Positions 39,869 through 50,195 of a stretch of 51,184 nucleotides of DNA are shown here, piece after piece. The notes under the pieces are model-generated. The model saw only the letters and a list, made by a program, of their open reading frames with translations, was not told the DNA's origin and searched no databases. Position 1 is the first letter of the stretch. Each line of letters starts with the position of its first letter. Source of the DNA: an uncultured Bacilli bacterium (GTDB lineage Bacteria; Bacillota_I; Bacilli_A; RF39; UBA660). Position numbers and translations under genes: made by a program. The stretch covers positions 1 to 51,184 of the forward strand of contig CANQHD010000003.1 in NCBI GenBank assembly GCA_947623625.1, written 5' to 3'.

Positions 39869-40471
39869 TTATTTTGTAGCTTTCTCAGGAAGAATTAAGT
39901 CTTTATTAATTTGATAATATTCAATCATAGATAAAACACTCATAATCGTTGCGAAATAAAGAAGAAAATCTGAAACACGTATTCCTATATATTCAAACGG
40001 TAAATTGTAAAAAAAAGTTAAAACCAATCCAACCATCATAGAAGCAGTTTTTAACTTTCCTGAAAAGACTGCTGCTTGAACTTTTCCTTTTCTTCCCGCT
40101 TCCATTTTAATAGCATCTACAACTGTATCTCTAAAAATAATCACAACAGGAATCCAAGATGGAATAAAACCTTGAACTGCAAGAACAACTAAGATTGGAT
40201 TTACCAATAACTTATCAGCTATCGCATCTAACATTTTTCCAAGGTCTGTTACTTGATTATTTTTTCTTGCTAAATATCCATCTAGAAAATCAGTCAATGA
40301 TGCAATGATAAAAAGAACACCCGCAATAATATATTCTATTTCTAGATAGAGTCCATGCACCATTATTTTTGGAAATTCTATACCAATTGAATAGAATGGA
40401 AACAAGAGTAATATCAAAATAAATAAAGTCAAAATAATTCTTACAATCGTTAACTTAGTAGGTGTATTCAC
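39869..40471 (-). CDS. pgsA: Phosphatidylglycerophosphate synthase
   Basis: NTPTKLTIVR, TDFLDGYLARK...GKMLDAIADK. Confidence 0.95.
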   Translation of the reverse strand: MNTPTKLTIVRIILTLFILILLLFPFYSIGIEFPKIMVHGLYLEIEYIIAGVLFIIASLTDFLDGYLARKNNQVTDLGKMLDAIADKLLVNPILVVLAVQGFIPSWIPVVIIFRDTVVDAIKMEAGRKGKVQAAVFSGKLKTASMMVGLVLTFFYNLPFEYIGIRVSDFLLYFATIMSVLSMIEYYQINKDLILPEKATK

Positions 40472-40940
40472 TTTCAACACTTCCTTTCAATTCAGATGTT
40501 CGAATGGGCTCTTTGTTAATTTCCTTAATCACAATAATAACAATTAACAAAATAAACAAAAAAATCATCAATGTCAAAACAATTGGGGCATAATTTATTT
40601 TTCTTTTATGTTCTATTGTGTAAGGAGAAATCACTTTTTTCTTCTCATCTTCTTCTTTCATTTTCTTGGCTTCTAATATATCTTGCAATGAAATTTTTGA
40701 AGTATGTTCAAATAAAAAATCATTAAATTCTTCTGTCACATCTTCCTTATTTAGCCCTAAATATTTGGCGTAGTCTTGTAAAAGGTGTCTTAAATGATAG
40801 ATATCTTTAAATGCTTTTGTATTACCGCTTTCCATATTTTCAAGTTCTAATGCAGAAAGATTTAAATCTTCACTTGCCTCTTCAATACTTACACCATGAC
40901 TTTTTCTAACATCTTTTAAATAGGCTCCTAATTCTTTCAT
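40455..40940 (-). CDS. RodZ/YmfM-like HTH membrane protein (short)
   Basis: LGAYLKDVRK...LE.MESG...YAKYLGL plus one TM segment; upstream of pgsA as in Bacillus. Confidence 0.8.
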   Translation of the reverse strand: MKELGAYLKDVRKSHGVSIEEASEDLNLSALELENMESGNTKAFKDIYHLRHLLQDYAKYLGLNKEDVTEEFNDFLFEHTSKISLQDILEAKKMKEEDEKKKVISPYTIEHKRKINYAPIVLTLMIFLFILLIVIIVIKEINKEPIRTSELKGSVESEYTY

Positions 40941-40964
40941 GCCTCACCTCTATTCAATCAAAAA

Positions 40965-41309
40965 AACATTTCATAAGCCATGTTCTGTTCCTAATAATTA
41001 GGTGGCAAACATTTATCTACCAGTTTCCTAGTCTCTAACGCCATTCAAATTCTTTTGTTAGAGTTCCCCTACCAAAATTTGGGTTTCTCACTCGTGGGGT
41101 TTACCTCGTTTCACTTCTTCGTTTCCAAAGAATTCGTCACTGTGGCACGTTATCAAAACCGCAATAGATTTCTCCTTAGCGATTTTTTTGCCGTTAGATT
41201 TCTCTACCTTAGGTTATTTTTTCCCTAAGCACGAACACTACTACCATCTCAGGTAAGTGTGAGCATGGACTTTCCTCTACTTTTATAAAGCAGCGTTTGC
41301 CGAAATGTT
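40965..41309 (-). ncRNA. rnpB: RNase P RNA, type B
   Basis: Minus strand has GAGGAAAGTCCATGCTC...GTGCCACAG...GGTAAACCCC...ACAGAACATGGCTTA; P1 helix ACATTTC/GAAATGT; directly downstream of gpsB. Confidence 0.95.
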
Positions 41310-41634
41310 ATTCTTCTTTTCCATAGACCATTTTTTCAAGCTGTGATAAACGCTTTAAAATATCGACATTATTAACATCACTCATATCTTGATTCTTGGC
41401 AATTTCTACATTCATCCTTGCATTGCGCAGTTCTTGTTTTAAATTCATAATCTCTTTTAACAACTCTGATTTTTCTTGTTCTAAATGATTAATAATATTA
41501 AAGAACTGTTCATAGTCTCCAATCACAATATCTAAAAATTGGTCAACTTCTTTTAATCGATATCCTCTTGTATCAATTTTAAACTCTTTTTCTAGAATTT
41601 CTTGTGGAGAGAGTGTAATCTTATTTTGATACAT
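41308..41634 (-). CDS. gpsB: Cell division regulator GpsB (DivIVA domain)
   Basis: ILEKEFK...RGY...EVDQFLD; DILKRLSQLEK.VYG; promoter TTGACA-17-TAGAAT upstream. Confidence 0.93.
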   Translation of the reverse strand: MYQNKITLSPQEILEKEFKIDTRGYRLKEVDQFLDIVIGDYEQFFNIINHLEQEKSELLKEIMNLKQELRNARMNVEIAKNQDMSDVNNVDILKRLSQLEKMVYGKEE

Positions 41635-41679
41635 ACCATCACCAATCCCTTTAATACTATTATTCTACTTTAAAGGAGC

Positions 41680-41802
41680 CTATTTGTCAATCAATTTAGA
41701 TGGAATGGATGCGAGTAATTTTCTCGTTTGCTCTTCCCTTAAAACGAATTTTATTTGTTCATGCATTTGATTTAATAAATAAACAACTTCTTTTGTTTTC
41801 AT
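41680..41802 (-). CDS. 40-aa hypothetical protein (not in ORF track)
   Basis: MKTKEVVYLLNQMHEQIKFVLREEQTRKLLASIPSKLIDK*; SD AGGTGGTGA. Confidence 0.5.
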   Translation of the reverse strand: MKTKEVVYLLNQMHEQIKFVLREEQTRKLLASIPSKLIDK

Positions 41803-41948
41803 TGAAAGTCACCACCTATTGAAGACTTTACTATAAGGATACAAAAAGATGCAATAAATTCGACAAAAGATATGTTTTTTCAACAAAATAATTGACGAAA
41901 AGAAAAAAATTTTGTATTGTAATAGCTAATTAAAGGAATTGGTGATTT

Positions 41949-42590
41949 ATGAATTTGAATGCTTCATTAAGTAATTTTATTAATAATGAAGGTGAAAAAA
42001 AACTTTTAAGTCTTTTTGATAAAGATTTTGTACTTGATAAAGAAAAAGCTATTTTGATCTGTCAAAGGCAACAAAAGATAAGTTATCCAGAAATTCATAT
42101 AACTCCTAAGAATATTCAAATTGAGACAGATAATTTTTCTTATATAATCCAAAAAAGAAAAGAAAAAAGCGACTATATTTGCTATCTTGAAGATAAGAAA
42201 AAAGATGCGACAATTTCACTTAGAAGATATCTTGATGAAGAGGATCGAGAAGAATTTATTTTATCAAGAAAATTTTTTCAAGAAAGTACTACTCGTGATG
42301 ATTTAGTTGAATCTTCAGTTCATTTAGCTCCTCACCATATTTCTTTTGAATCTCATTTAGTGGAAAGTCAGATTTCTTGTTTTGAAATCGGATGTATGAG
42401 AGTGAAAACTTACCGAATTTCTCAAGAAGGAAAAATGCGTGGTATTTTACGTCCTTTCTATCAAAATCAACAAAATTTAATGATTTTTTTAGAACAACAA
42501 TATGGAATTTTAAAAGATGTTTCATCTTATCTTCTTCCGCATCGATTTGAAGATTTTGCTGGAAAACCATGGTTGAAAATTTATAAGTAA
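41949..42590 (+). CDS. Hypothetical protein
   Basis: 213-aa ORF with GGTGA SD and a downstream hairpin at about 42613-42638. Confidence 0.65.
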   Translation: MNLNASLSNFINNEGEKKLLSLFDKDFVLDKEKAILICQRQQKISYPEIHITPKNIQIETDNFSYIIQKRKEKSDYICYLEDKKKDATISLRRYLDEEDREEFILSRKFFQESTTRDDLVESSVHLAPHHISFESHLVESQISCFEIGCMRVKTYRISQEGKMRGILRPFYQNQQNLMIFLEQQYGILKDVSSYLLPHRFEDFAGKPWLKIYK

Positions 42591-42668
42591 GCCACTAAAA
42601 ATATATCGGAACTTTCTACAAATTGTAGAAATTTTTTTTCCTTTATGTTATGATATAGAATAGGTGAT

Positions 42669-43259
42669 GTGATGAATTATCCTGGTGGTGTTGTACAAAC
42701 AAATACACATATAGTTAATTACAAAAATAGAGGAATGAACTTAGAAGAGGATTTAAATGAGTCCAATCGATACTATCAACAACAGGATATCGCATATATT
42801 TATAAGAAGCCGACTCCTATTCAAATTACAAAGGTGGAGTATCCTTCAAGAAAAAATGCTGTGATTAAAGAAGCTTATTTTAAAGAACCTTCTACCACGG
42901 ATTACAATGGAATATATCGAAAATATTATATTGATTTTGAAGCCAAAGAAACGAAAAATTCTACTTCCTTCCCTCTTTCAAATATTCATCCTCATCAAAT
43001 AAAACATTTAAAAAACATATTAAGACATGGTGGTATTGCCTTTTTAATTATCAGATTTACAACAAAGAATGAAACATATTTATTAGATGGAAATGATTTT
43101 TTTCTCTTTTTAGAAAACGAGAATAGAAAATCCATTCCTTATTCCTATTTCTTAGAAAAAGGGAAAAAAATCCCTTTTGGATATCATCCAAGACTTCCTT
43201 ATTTAAAAGTAGTGGATGAAATAATTGGAGGAAGTTATGAAAGCAAAGAAAACAAGTGA
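42669..43259 (+). CDS. recU: Holliday junction resolvase RecU
   Basis: NRGMNLE, KKPTP, STTDYNG.Y...YIDFEAKET, HQI.HL. Confidence 0.96.
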   Translation: MMNYPGGVVQTNTHIVNYKNRGMNLEEDLNESNRYYQQQDIAYIYKKPTPIQITKVEYPSRKNAVIKEAYFKEPSTTDYNGIYRKYYIDFEAKETKNSTSFPLSNIHPHQIKHLKNILRHGGIAFLIIRFTTKNETYLLDGNDFFLFLENENRKSIPYSYFLEKGKKIPFGYHPRLPYLKVVDEIIGGSYESKENK

Positions 43260-46140
43260 AAAAAATAAAAAAGTTGTTAAGTCAGTTAAGACAAAAACAA
43301 GAACTGAACGAAAAGAGCCTATCAAAAAAACAAAAACAGATCCAAAAATAATTTGCATACTTTTACTTGGGTTTATTTTATTAATGGTCATTAGTTATTT
43401 CACTCTAGGATTATTGATGAGCATTTTTATGGGTGTGGGTATTTTGCTCATACTTGGGATTTCAAAATTGCTAGATAAAACCAAGAATAATCCTAAAAAA
43501 AGAAAAGTCTTGAATATCATTTTAATTATTTTTCTTTCTTTTGCCATTTTAGGAGCCATTTTGGTTTGTTGTTTCTTTATCTATATTGTCAGTTCCGCTC
43601 CTGCATTTAAAGCCGAATTACTCAATCCGGATGAGATGAGCATTATGTATGATGCGGATGGAAATGAAATTGCAAAAATGGGTGGAGAACTTCGAACTAA
43701 AATCAGTTATGAACAACTTCCACAAGTCTTTATTGATGCTTTAGTAGCAACAGAAGATTCACGCTACTTTCAACATAATGGATTTGATGCTCCAAGATTT
43801 TTAAAAGCTTCTTTAGGACAGCTTGCAGGTCACAGTGATGCAGGCGGTGCTTCTACTATATCAATGCAAGTCATTAAAAACAGAATAACTGGTTCTGAAA
43901 GCGAAGGAATGGAAGGAATCATTCGAAAGTTTACAGATATTTATTTAGCCATCTTTAAATTAGAAAAGAATTATACAAAAGAACAAATTTTAGAGTTTTA
44001 TGTCAACAATCACTTGCTTGGTGGAAATGTCTGGGGAATTCAACAAGCATCACAAGCTTACTTTAGTAAAGATGTAGAGGACTTAAATTTAAGTGAAGCT
44101 GCAACTCTTGCTGGAATGTTTAAATCCCCTAACTATTATAGACCGCATGTTAACCCTAAAAATGCAACTGCAAGACGGGATACTGTTCTTTATTTAATGG
44201 AACTTCATGGCTATATTACACATGAAGAAAGAGAAGTTGCCTCATCCATCCCAATGGAAGAACTCGTCAATGTCAATACAAATGCGATGACTTTTGGAAA
44301 TGCAGAATATCAAGGATATATTGATACAGTTGTTGAAGAAATTAAAGATAAATATAATGGATTAAATCCTTATACAACGCCTATGCTTATTTATACCAAT
44401 ATGGTTCGTTCTAAACAAGATGCTGTTAACAGAGTTATGAGCGGTGAAGGCGGATTTACTTGGATGAATGATGTCATTCAAGGTGGTGTTGCAGTACTGG
44501 ACGCTACAAATGCTAAAATTCAAGCCATTGGTGCAGAGCGACCCAATAATAATGAAGTAAGACACAATTATGCCTTTAGTATGACACGACAGCCAGGTTC
44601 AACAGCAAAGCCTCTTTTCGATTATGGACCTGCATTTGAATATTATAACTGGTCTACTTATGGGCAAAATGATGGAAATGATAATTATACAACATTAGTG
44701 GATGAGCCTTATTCTTATAGCAATGGACAGCAAATGGGAAACTGGGATGGAAATTATATGGGAAATATGACAATTCGAAGTGCCCTTTCTCTTTCAAGAA
44801 ATATTCCAGCTTTAAAAACATTCCAAGCTGTCAGTGCAAGTGATAATGGTGCTGGTAATAAGAAAATTTTGGAATTTGTTACCAATTTAGGAATTACACC
44901 AGAAGAAGAAAATGGACGTCTTCATGAAGCGCATTCAATTGGAGCATTTGATCCCGGTGTTTCTCCAGTTATTTTAGCTGCTGCCTACTCTGCTTTTGCA
45001 AATGGTGGAACATATCACGAACCTTATTCTGTTGATCATTTAGTGATTCGTGGTACTGGAGAAGAAAAGAAGCATGAAGAAGTCAAGCGTCAAGCAATGA
45101 GTGATGCAACAGCTTTCATGATTACAAGTATTTTACAAAACGTTTCTCTTTATGGTAGTACAATTCCAAATGTTGCTGCTAAAACAGGAACCACAAACTA
45201 TCCAGCTGAAGTAAGAAGTCAATACGGTATGGCTGAAGATGCTGTTCGTGACTCTTGGGTTGTTGGTTATACCACAAAAACAGTGATTGGATCTTGGTAT
45301 GGATATACTGATCCTGATAGTACTTATTATTGTCGCACTGCTCTTTGTTCAAATCAACGTGACTTATTCTTTAGAGCCCTTGCAAATTCAGTCTTCGAAT
45401 CCAACAAAGAATCTTTCAAAGCCCCTGATAGTGTTGTCGGTATCCAAATTGGTGGTCGAACAGAGTACTTCAAGAAAGACCATGAACCTAAACGAGTGGA
45501 TAATGGCAAAATTGATACACCATCTAATTTAAAAGCCACCTACGATGCAAATAGTAAAAAAGTAACTATTTCTTGGAATGCAGTGAATCCAGTCACCGTT
45601 TTAAATTCTTATGGTGAATTTGGATACAATGTCTATTTCAATAATACACTTCTTGGATTTACAACTAAAACAAGCTATACCGTTTCAAACCCAACGACTC
45701 CATATGGTACTTATAAAGTTGTGGCAACCTTTAATAAATATAATGGCAATCAAAGTGAAGCAGCTACTTATACTTTATCGCAACCAAAAATGAATTTAGT
45801 TGTTGGACCAAGTACTATCAATATTGAAACTACAACAGGTTCAGCTACCGTTAATGATATTAAAAAACAAATCTATGTTAAAGACAGCGATAAAAATGTA
45901 ACGTCTTCAATAGAAATTATTTCTATTAGTGTAGATGGTAAAAATATGGCATTTACTAATACATTAAATGTTGGTACATATTCTGTTAAAGTGACTTTCA
46001 AATATCTTGGAGAGACAAAAACAAGTGCAAATATAACAGTCCATGTTAAACAAAAAAATACATCTTCTGCTGAAGGAACAGAAGGTGGTACAACTGGAAA
46101 TCAAGGATCAAGCAACAATAATCCACCATCTAATCCATAA
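43237..46140 (+). CDS. ponA: Class A penicillin-binding protein (PBP1A) with FN3-like C-terminal domain
   Basis: TEDSRYFQHNG, GASTISMQ, STAK, SRN, KTGT motifs; follows recU. Confidence 0.93.
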   Translation: MKAKKTSEKNKKVVKSVKTKTRTERKEPIKKTKTDPKIICILLLGFILLMVISYFTLGLLMSIFMGVGILLILGISKLLDKTKNNPKKRKVLNIILIIFLSFAILGAILVCCFFIYIVSSAPAFKAELLNPDEMSIMYDADGNEIAKMGGELRTKISYEQLPQVFIDALVATEDSRYFQHNGFDAPRFLKASLGQLAGHSDAGGASTISMQVIKNRITGSESEGMEGIIRKFTDIYLAIFKLEKNYTKEQILEFYVNNHLLGGNVWGIQQASQAYFSKDVEDLNLSEAATLAGMFKSPNYYRPHVNPKNATARRDTVLYLMELHGYITHEEREVASSIPMEELVNVNTNAMTFGNAEYQGYIDTVVEEIKDKYNGLNPYTTPMLIYTNMVRSKQDAVNRVMSGEGGFTWMNDVIQGGVAVLDATNAKIQAIGAERPNNNEVRHNYAFSMTRQPGSTAKPLFDYGPAFEYYNWSTYGQNDGNDNYTTLVDEPYSYSNGQQMGNWDGNYMGNMTIRSALSLSRNIPALKTFQAVSASDNGAGNKKILEFVTNLGITPEEENGRLHEAHSIGAFDPGVSPVILAAAYSAFANGGTYHEPYSVDHLVIRGTGEEKKHEEVKRQAMSDATAFMITSILQNVSLYGSTIPNVAAKTGTTNYPAEVRSQYGMAEDAVRDSWVVGYTTKTVIGSWYGYTDPDSTYYCRTALCSNQRDLFFRALANSVFESNKESFKAPDSVVGIQIGGRTEYFKKDHEPKRVDNGKIDTPSNLKATYDANSKKVTISWNAVNPVTVLNSYGEFGYNVYFNNTLLGFTTKTSYTVSNPTTPYGTYKVVATFNKYNGNQSEAATYTLSQPKMNLVVGPSTINIETTTGSATVNDIKKQIYVKDSDKNVTSSIEIISISVDGKNMAFTNTLNVGTYSVKVTFKYLGETKTSANITVHVKQKNTSSAEGTEGGTTGNQGSSNNNPPSNP

Positions 46141-46154
46141 AAAAAGAGCTCATG

Positions 46155-46799
46155 CTAAGAGTTCTTTTTCTTTTCCTGTTTTGATCTTCGACAAATTTCT
46201 TTTAAAGGGCAATCATTACAAAGTGGCTTAACAGCCTTACAATAATACCTCCCAAATAATACCATCTGCAAATGGCGTTTTCCCCAAACATCTTTGGAAA
46301 ATTTTTTCATAAGACGCTCTTCAACATGATATGGACTATCTTTTAAAGCTGCTAAGTAAAGTCTTTTACTTACTCTTTCTACATGAGTATCAACAGCAAT
46401 TGCAGGATAATTATAAAGTTCTGATAAAACAACATTAACTGTTTTTCTTCCTACACCTGGTAATGATTCTAACTCTACTCTGTCTTTTGGTAAAACTCCA
46501 GAATAATCTTCATCTAGTCTTCTAGCAATCTCTTTCACATAATATGCTTTTTTTCGAAAGGAACCAATGGGTCTTAAAATTCGTTCTAAATCCTTTAATT
46601 CGGCTTCTTTTAAGTCTTTTAAAGTTGGATATTGACTAAATAAAATTGGGGTAACACTATTCACTCTTTTATCCGTACTTTGTGCACTTAAGACAACGGC
46701 AATCAACAATTCCCAATCACTATGATAAATCAGTTCACAATGCGGATTTGGAAATAATGTATCTAAATATTTTTCTATTTTTTCAACTTTTTCATTCAT
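46155..46799 (-). CDS. nth: Endonuclease III
   Basis: LSAQSTD, LPGVGRKT, AVDTHV, C-X6-C-X2-C-X5-C. Confidence 0.96.
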   Translation of the reverse strand: MNEKVEKIEKYLDTLFPNPHCELIYHSDWELLIAVVLSAQSTDKRVNSVTPILFSQYPTLKDLKEAELKDLERILRPIGSFRKKAYYVKEIARRLDEDYSGVLPKDRVELESLPGVGRKTVNVVLSELYNYPAIAVDTHVERVSKRLYLAALKDSPYHVEERLMKKFSKDVWGKRHLQMVLFGRYYCKAVKPLCNDCPLKEICRRSKQEKKKNS

Positions 46800-47454
46800 C
46801 TAAATCATCATCCTCAAACCAATTATATTCAAACACTTCAACTGGAGGTTCTTCCTTTCGATGATGGAGTTTTTTCTTTTCAACATCTTCCCTTGTCCGT
46901 ATTCCTTTCTTATCCCATTCATATAAAATTTTATCAATATAACGAAGATTGGTAACTCCATTGAACACAGATTCTTTAATAGCTTCTTCAATCACCTCTT
47001 CTTGAAATCCACTATCCAGCCATGCTTTTATAATCTCAAGTTCCATAGGACTTAAAGTGCGACCAAATTCTTGTTCAACAAGTTCAAAGATGTTACTTTT
47101 TGATACATCCTTTTGATTAATCTGTTCAAGAGCATATTCGACATATCGACGTTCAAAGTCTTCTAACGAAAGATAGTCTTCTAATATTCCCTTTTCGCCT
47201 TTAACTGTATTCATTCTCAGTAAATGTACATCTTCTAAGCTACTAATTGAAAGCATGACTTCTTTTGTTGTAAGAGCTAAATCTTCTCCTATTTCATTTG
47301 GATTTAATGGAAAAGTTTTTCCCTTATCTTTCAAATACATTAACATAATAAAATCATTCCATTCCAATTTCCATTTTTGCTTTAAAGGAAGCATACTTAA
47401 TGGAATTTGGATATTTTTTCCAGTTAGAAATGGTAATAACTTTTCTTGATTCAT
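46792..47454 (-). CDS. dnaD: Replication protein DnaD
   Basis: EQEFGRTLSPMELE, LRYIDKILYEW, YNWF. Confidence 0.92.
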   Translation of the reverse strand: MNQEKLLPFLTGKNIQIPLSMLPLKQKWKLEWNDFIMLMYLKDKGKTFPLNPNEIGEDLALTTKEVMLSISSLEDVHLLRMNTVKGEKGILEDYLSLEDFERRYVEYALEQINQKDVSKSNIFELVEQEFGRTLSPMELEIIKAWLDSGFQEEVIEEAIKESVFNGVTNLRYIDKILYEWDKKGIRTREDVEKKKLHHRKEEPPVEVFEYNWFEDDDLDE

Positions 47455-47478
47455 CCTTTTCACCTTCTGTTTTCTCGG

Positions 47479-48576
47479 TTATACTATCATAGATTTATTG
47501 TTTAAACAATAGGAAATCAATGCTTCTTTTTGATTTTCTATATTTCTTAAAATCACTTGTTTTTCTAATAACTTAATCCACTGTTTTAAATAAGGTCCTG
47601 GTGGCTTATTAAATATTTTCAAAAGATCTCGTCCATTAACTGACAACTCCTGTAGTCTTTTAATAGGCAAGGCTTCGTATTTTTCTATAATTTCTTTTTT
47701 CGAAAGACCACACATTTCACCCGCAACGCTACTTGCATAAAGACCACATTGATAAATTGCATAATCTGAAAAATTCTCGTCTTTTACTTTTCTAATTTTC
47801 ATCATTAATTCTTTTTCATTTTTTGAAAATGGGTAAAGATTATCTACTTCTAAAAATGCCCATATACCAATACTTTGTGAGAAAAAATGAATATCTTTTA
47901 ACTTTTTTAAATGAAGAACTTTATCTAGTTCAAAGTAAAGTAATAAATGTATTCCGCCTTTCGCATTTGTTGAAGCAAATATTTTAGTCAATTCTTCTTT
48001 AATACGTTCTTTTGATAAGTAATTTAATAAGTATTTTGTTTGACGAATGGCATCTTCGACTTCTTTATCTAAATCAAAATTTAAAGTAGTAGCAAATCGT
48101 ATTGCTCTTAGTATTCGAAGAGCATCTTCTTCAAAGCTTTTTTTGCTTTCTTGAACTGTTTTTATTTTTTTTGTTTTTAAGTCTTCTTTAGCATTTAACA
48201 AATCTATAATTTTTCCATTTTTATCCATACAAAGAGTATTTACAGTAAAATCTCTTCTTAATAAATCTTCTTTGAGTGTCTTTATGTAAATAACTTCTCC
48301 AGGACGTCTATTTTTTTGATAGTTAAATTCTTTGCGAAAAGTAGTAATTTCAAAGCGAATTTGATTCACAATGATTGTAACAGATCCATATTCTGTAGTT
48401 GGCAAAATAGCATCTGGAAATATAGTATACAAGTCTTTTGGTGTTGCATCTGTTGTAATATCTATGTCATTTGACTCTATTCCAAGAAGAAAATTACGAA
48501 CAAATCCTCCTACAATATAAGCTTGATATCCTGATTCTTCTATTTTTTTTAGTATTTTTAATGTGACTTCTTTCAT
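47479..48576 (-). CDS. cca: CCA tRNA nucleotidyltransferase
   Basis: AYIVGGFVRN, DIDITT, EDLLRRDFTVN, EDALRILRAIRF. Confidence 0.93.
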   Translation of the reverse strand: MKEVTLKILKKIEESGYQAYIVGGFVRNFLLGIESNDIDITTDATPKDLYTIFPDAILPTTEYGSVTIIVNQIRFEITTFRKEFNYQKNRRPGEVIYIKTLKEDLLRRDFTVNTLCMDKNGKIIDLLNAKEDLKTKKIKTVQESKKSFEEDALRILRAIRFATTLNFDLDKEVEDAIRQTKYLLNYLSKERIKEELTKIFASTNAKGGIHLLLYFELDKVLHLKKLKDIHFFSQSIGIWAFLEVDNLYPFSKNEKELMMKIRKVKDENFSDYAIYQCGLYASSVAGEMCGLSKKEIIEKYEALPIKRLQELSVNGRDLLKIFNKPPGPYLKQWIKLLEKQVILRNIENQKEALISYCLNNKSMIV

Positions 48577-48648
48577 CTTTAGTATCACCATCTTTATTAT
48601 ACTATAAATTAACAAAGAAAAATCTCAAGAATGAACTTGAGACTTCTT

Positions 48649-48924
48649 TTAAGCATTAACTGCTTCTTTTAATGCAGAACCTGCTTTAAATGAAACAGCT
48701 TTTCTAGCAGCAATGTGAACTGTTTCTCCTGTTTTTGGATTACGTCCTTCACGGGCAGCTCTTTCAGAAACATCAAATGTTCCAAAACCAACAAGTGGTA
48801 CTTTATCTCCTTGCTTCAAAGCTCCTGTAATTGCTTCAAATGTTGCATCGATTGCACGTGTTGCATCTGCTTTTGTAATTCCAGCTTTTTCAGCAACAGC
48901 TTCTACTAATTCAACTTTTTTCAT
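48649..48924 (-). CDS. hup: HU DNA-binding protein
   Basis: [20 protein letters not shown]; terminator hairpin at about 48620-48648. Confidence 0.97.
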   Translation of the reverse strand: MKKVELVEAVAEKAGITKADATRAIDATFEAITGALKQGDKVPLVGFGTFDVSERAAREGRNPKTGETVHIAARKAVSFKAGSALKEAVNA

Positions 48925-49028
48925 TTTTAATACTCCTCCCTATGTTTAAGCATATCATGCTTACATATTAAGAATAACATGTTAAATAGTAAAAAGCAAT
49001 ATAAAACAAGGGAAAAGTTTTTGTTTTT

Positions 49029-50171
49029 CTATAGGTCTGTAGGGATTTTTAAAGTCATACCTATCGAGAGAAGATCACTTGTTAATCCATTTGCTTCACG
49101 AATAGCATTCACAGTTGTTCCAAATTTCCTAGCAATTGTCCAAAGACTATCTCCTCTTTGAACGGTATATATTGTTGAAGGAGTTACAGGCGGTATATTA
49201 CTTTCTGTTGGTATGATTAAAACTTGTCCGATTTGAAGTAAGTTTGTAGTTAAGTTATTTGCTGTCTTTATATCATCTACACTGACACCAAATGTTTTAG
49301 CAATACTCCATAAGCTATCTCCTCTTTGAACAGTATATGTCGATGGAGTTGCAGGTGGCATGGGCTCTTCCTCGCGACTTGGGACTTTTAAAATTTGTCC
49401 GATTTGCAAAATATCACTTGTAAGGTTATTAATTGAACGAAGTTCATTAACAGTGGTATTAAATTCTCGAGCGATTGTCCATAGGCTATCTCCTCTTTGA
49501 ACAATATAGTCTTGCGTCGTTATAGAAGGTGGTTGATAATTGGAAGGAATTACCAATATTTGTCCTATTTGCAAGACGTCTGAGGTTAAATTGTTAGCAG
49601 CTTTTAACTCTTGAACTGTAATGTTAAAATCCCTGGCTATGCTCCATAAGCTATCCCCACTTTTCACCGTATAAGTTTGTCCTTCTTGAGATGGTGGAGA
49701 TGTGTCTAGTGGTTTTACACGAAGTGTTTGTCCTATTTGTAGAACATCTGTTGTTAGTTGATTCAAATCTCTTAATTGTTGTACCGTAAGTCCAAATTGT
49801 TGAGCAATACTATAAAGACTATCTCCTCTTTTTACCGTATAATATTCTCCCTCTTGTCCTTCTGGAGGAATATAGTTATAGCCACCATAATTTGCAACTG
49901 CTCGAACCACTCCTTCTACATAGTTTAGCAAATCATTTTGAAGTTTTTGTTGATCATTTGGATTGTCAATGAAACCATACTCTAGAAGCAATGATTGAGC
50001 AGGATCTGTATCCCGAATAATAAAGTAGTAATCTTGAAGAGGATTTTCTGGAAGACGTCTTTGATAATATCGTCTAGTCACTTGACCCTCCTGCCCAATT
50101 GCATCTAGGATATCTTTAGCAAGGGTGCTACTATTTCTTAAAGCGTAGACAACTTCTGCACCTTCGCCACC
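49029..50171 (-). pseudogene. 3' part of an interrupted N-acetylmuramoyl-L-alanine amidase (Amidase_3) with five LysM domains
   Basis: The frame extends upstream of the called GTG as GGEGAEVVYALRN...; LLEYGFIDN catalytic motif; five Y.V..GDSL..IA repeats. The N-terminal Zn-binding half is missing. Confidence 0.85.
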
Positions 50172-50195
50172 TGGGGATAGTCGCTGTGTAGTATT

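Noticed and set aside
49040..49850. Recurring DNA motif such as ctatctcctctttgaac as a repeat array
   Set aside because: Explained by five coding LysM domains.
49029..50081. Complete 350-aa LysM protein starting at GTG 50081
   Set aside because: Amidase homology continues 30 codons upstream to the junction. A GGAGGG sequence 4 nt before the GTG means some internal initiation cannot be excluded.
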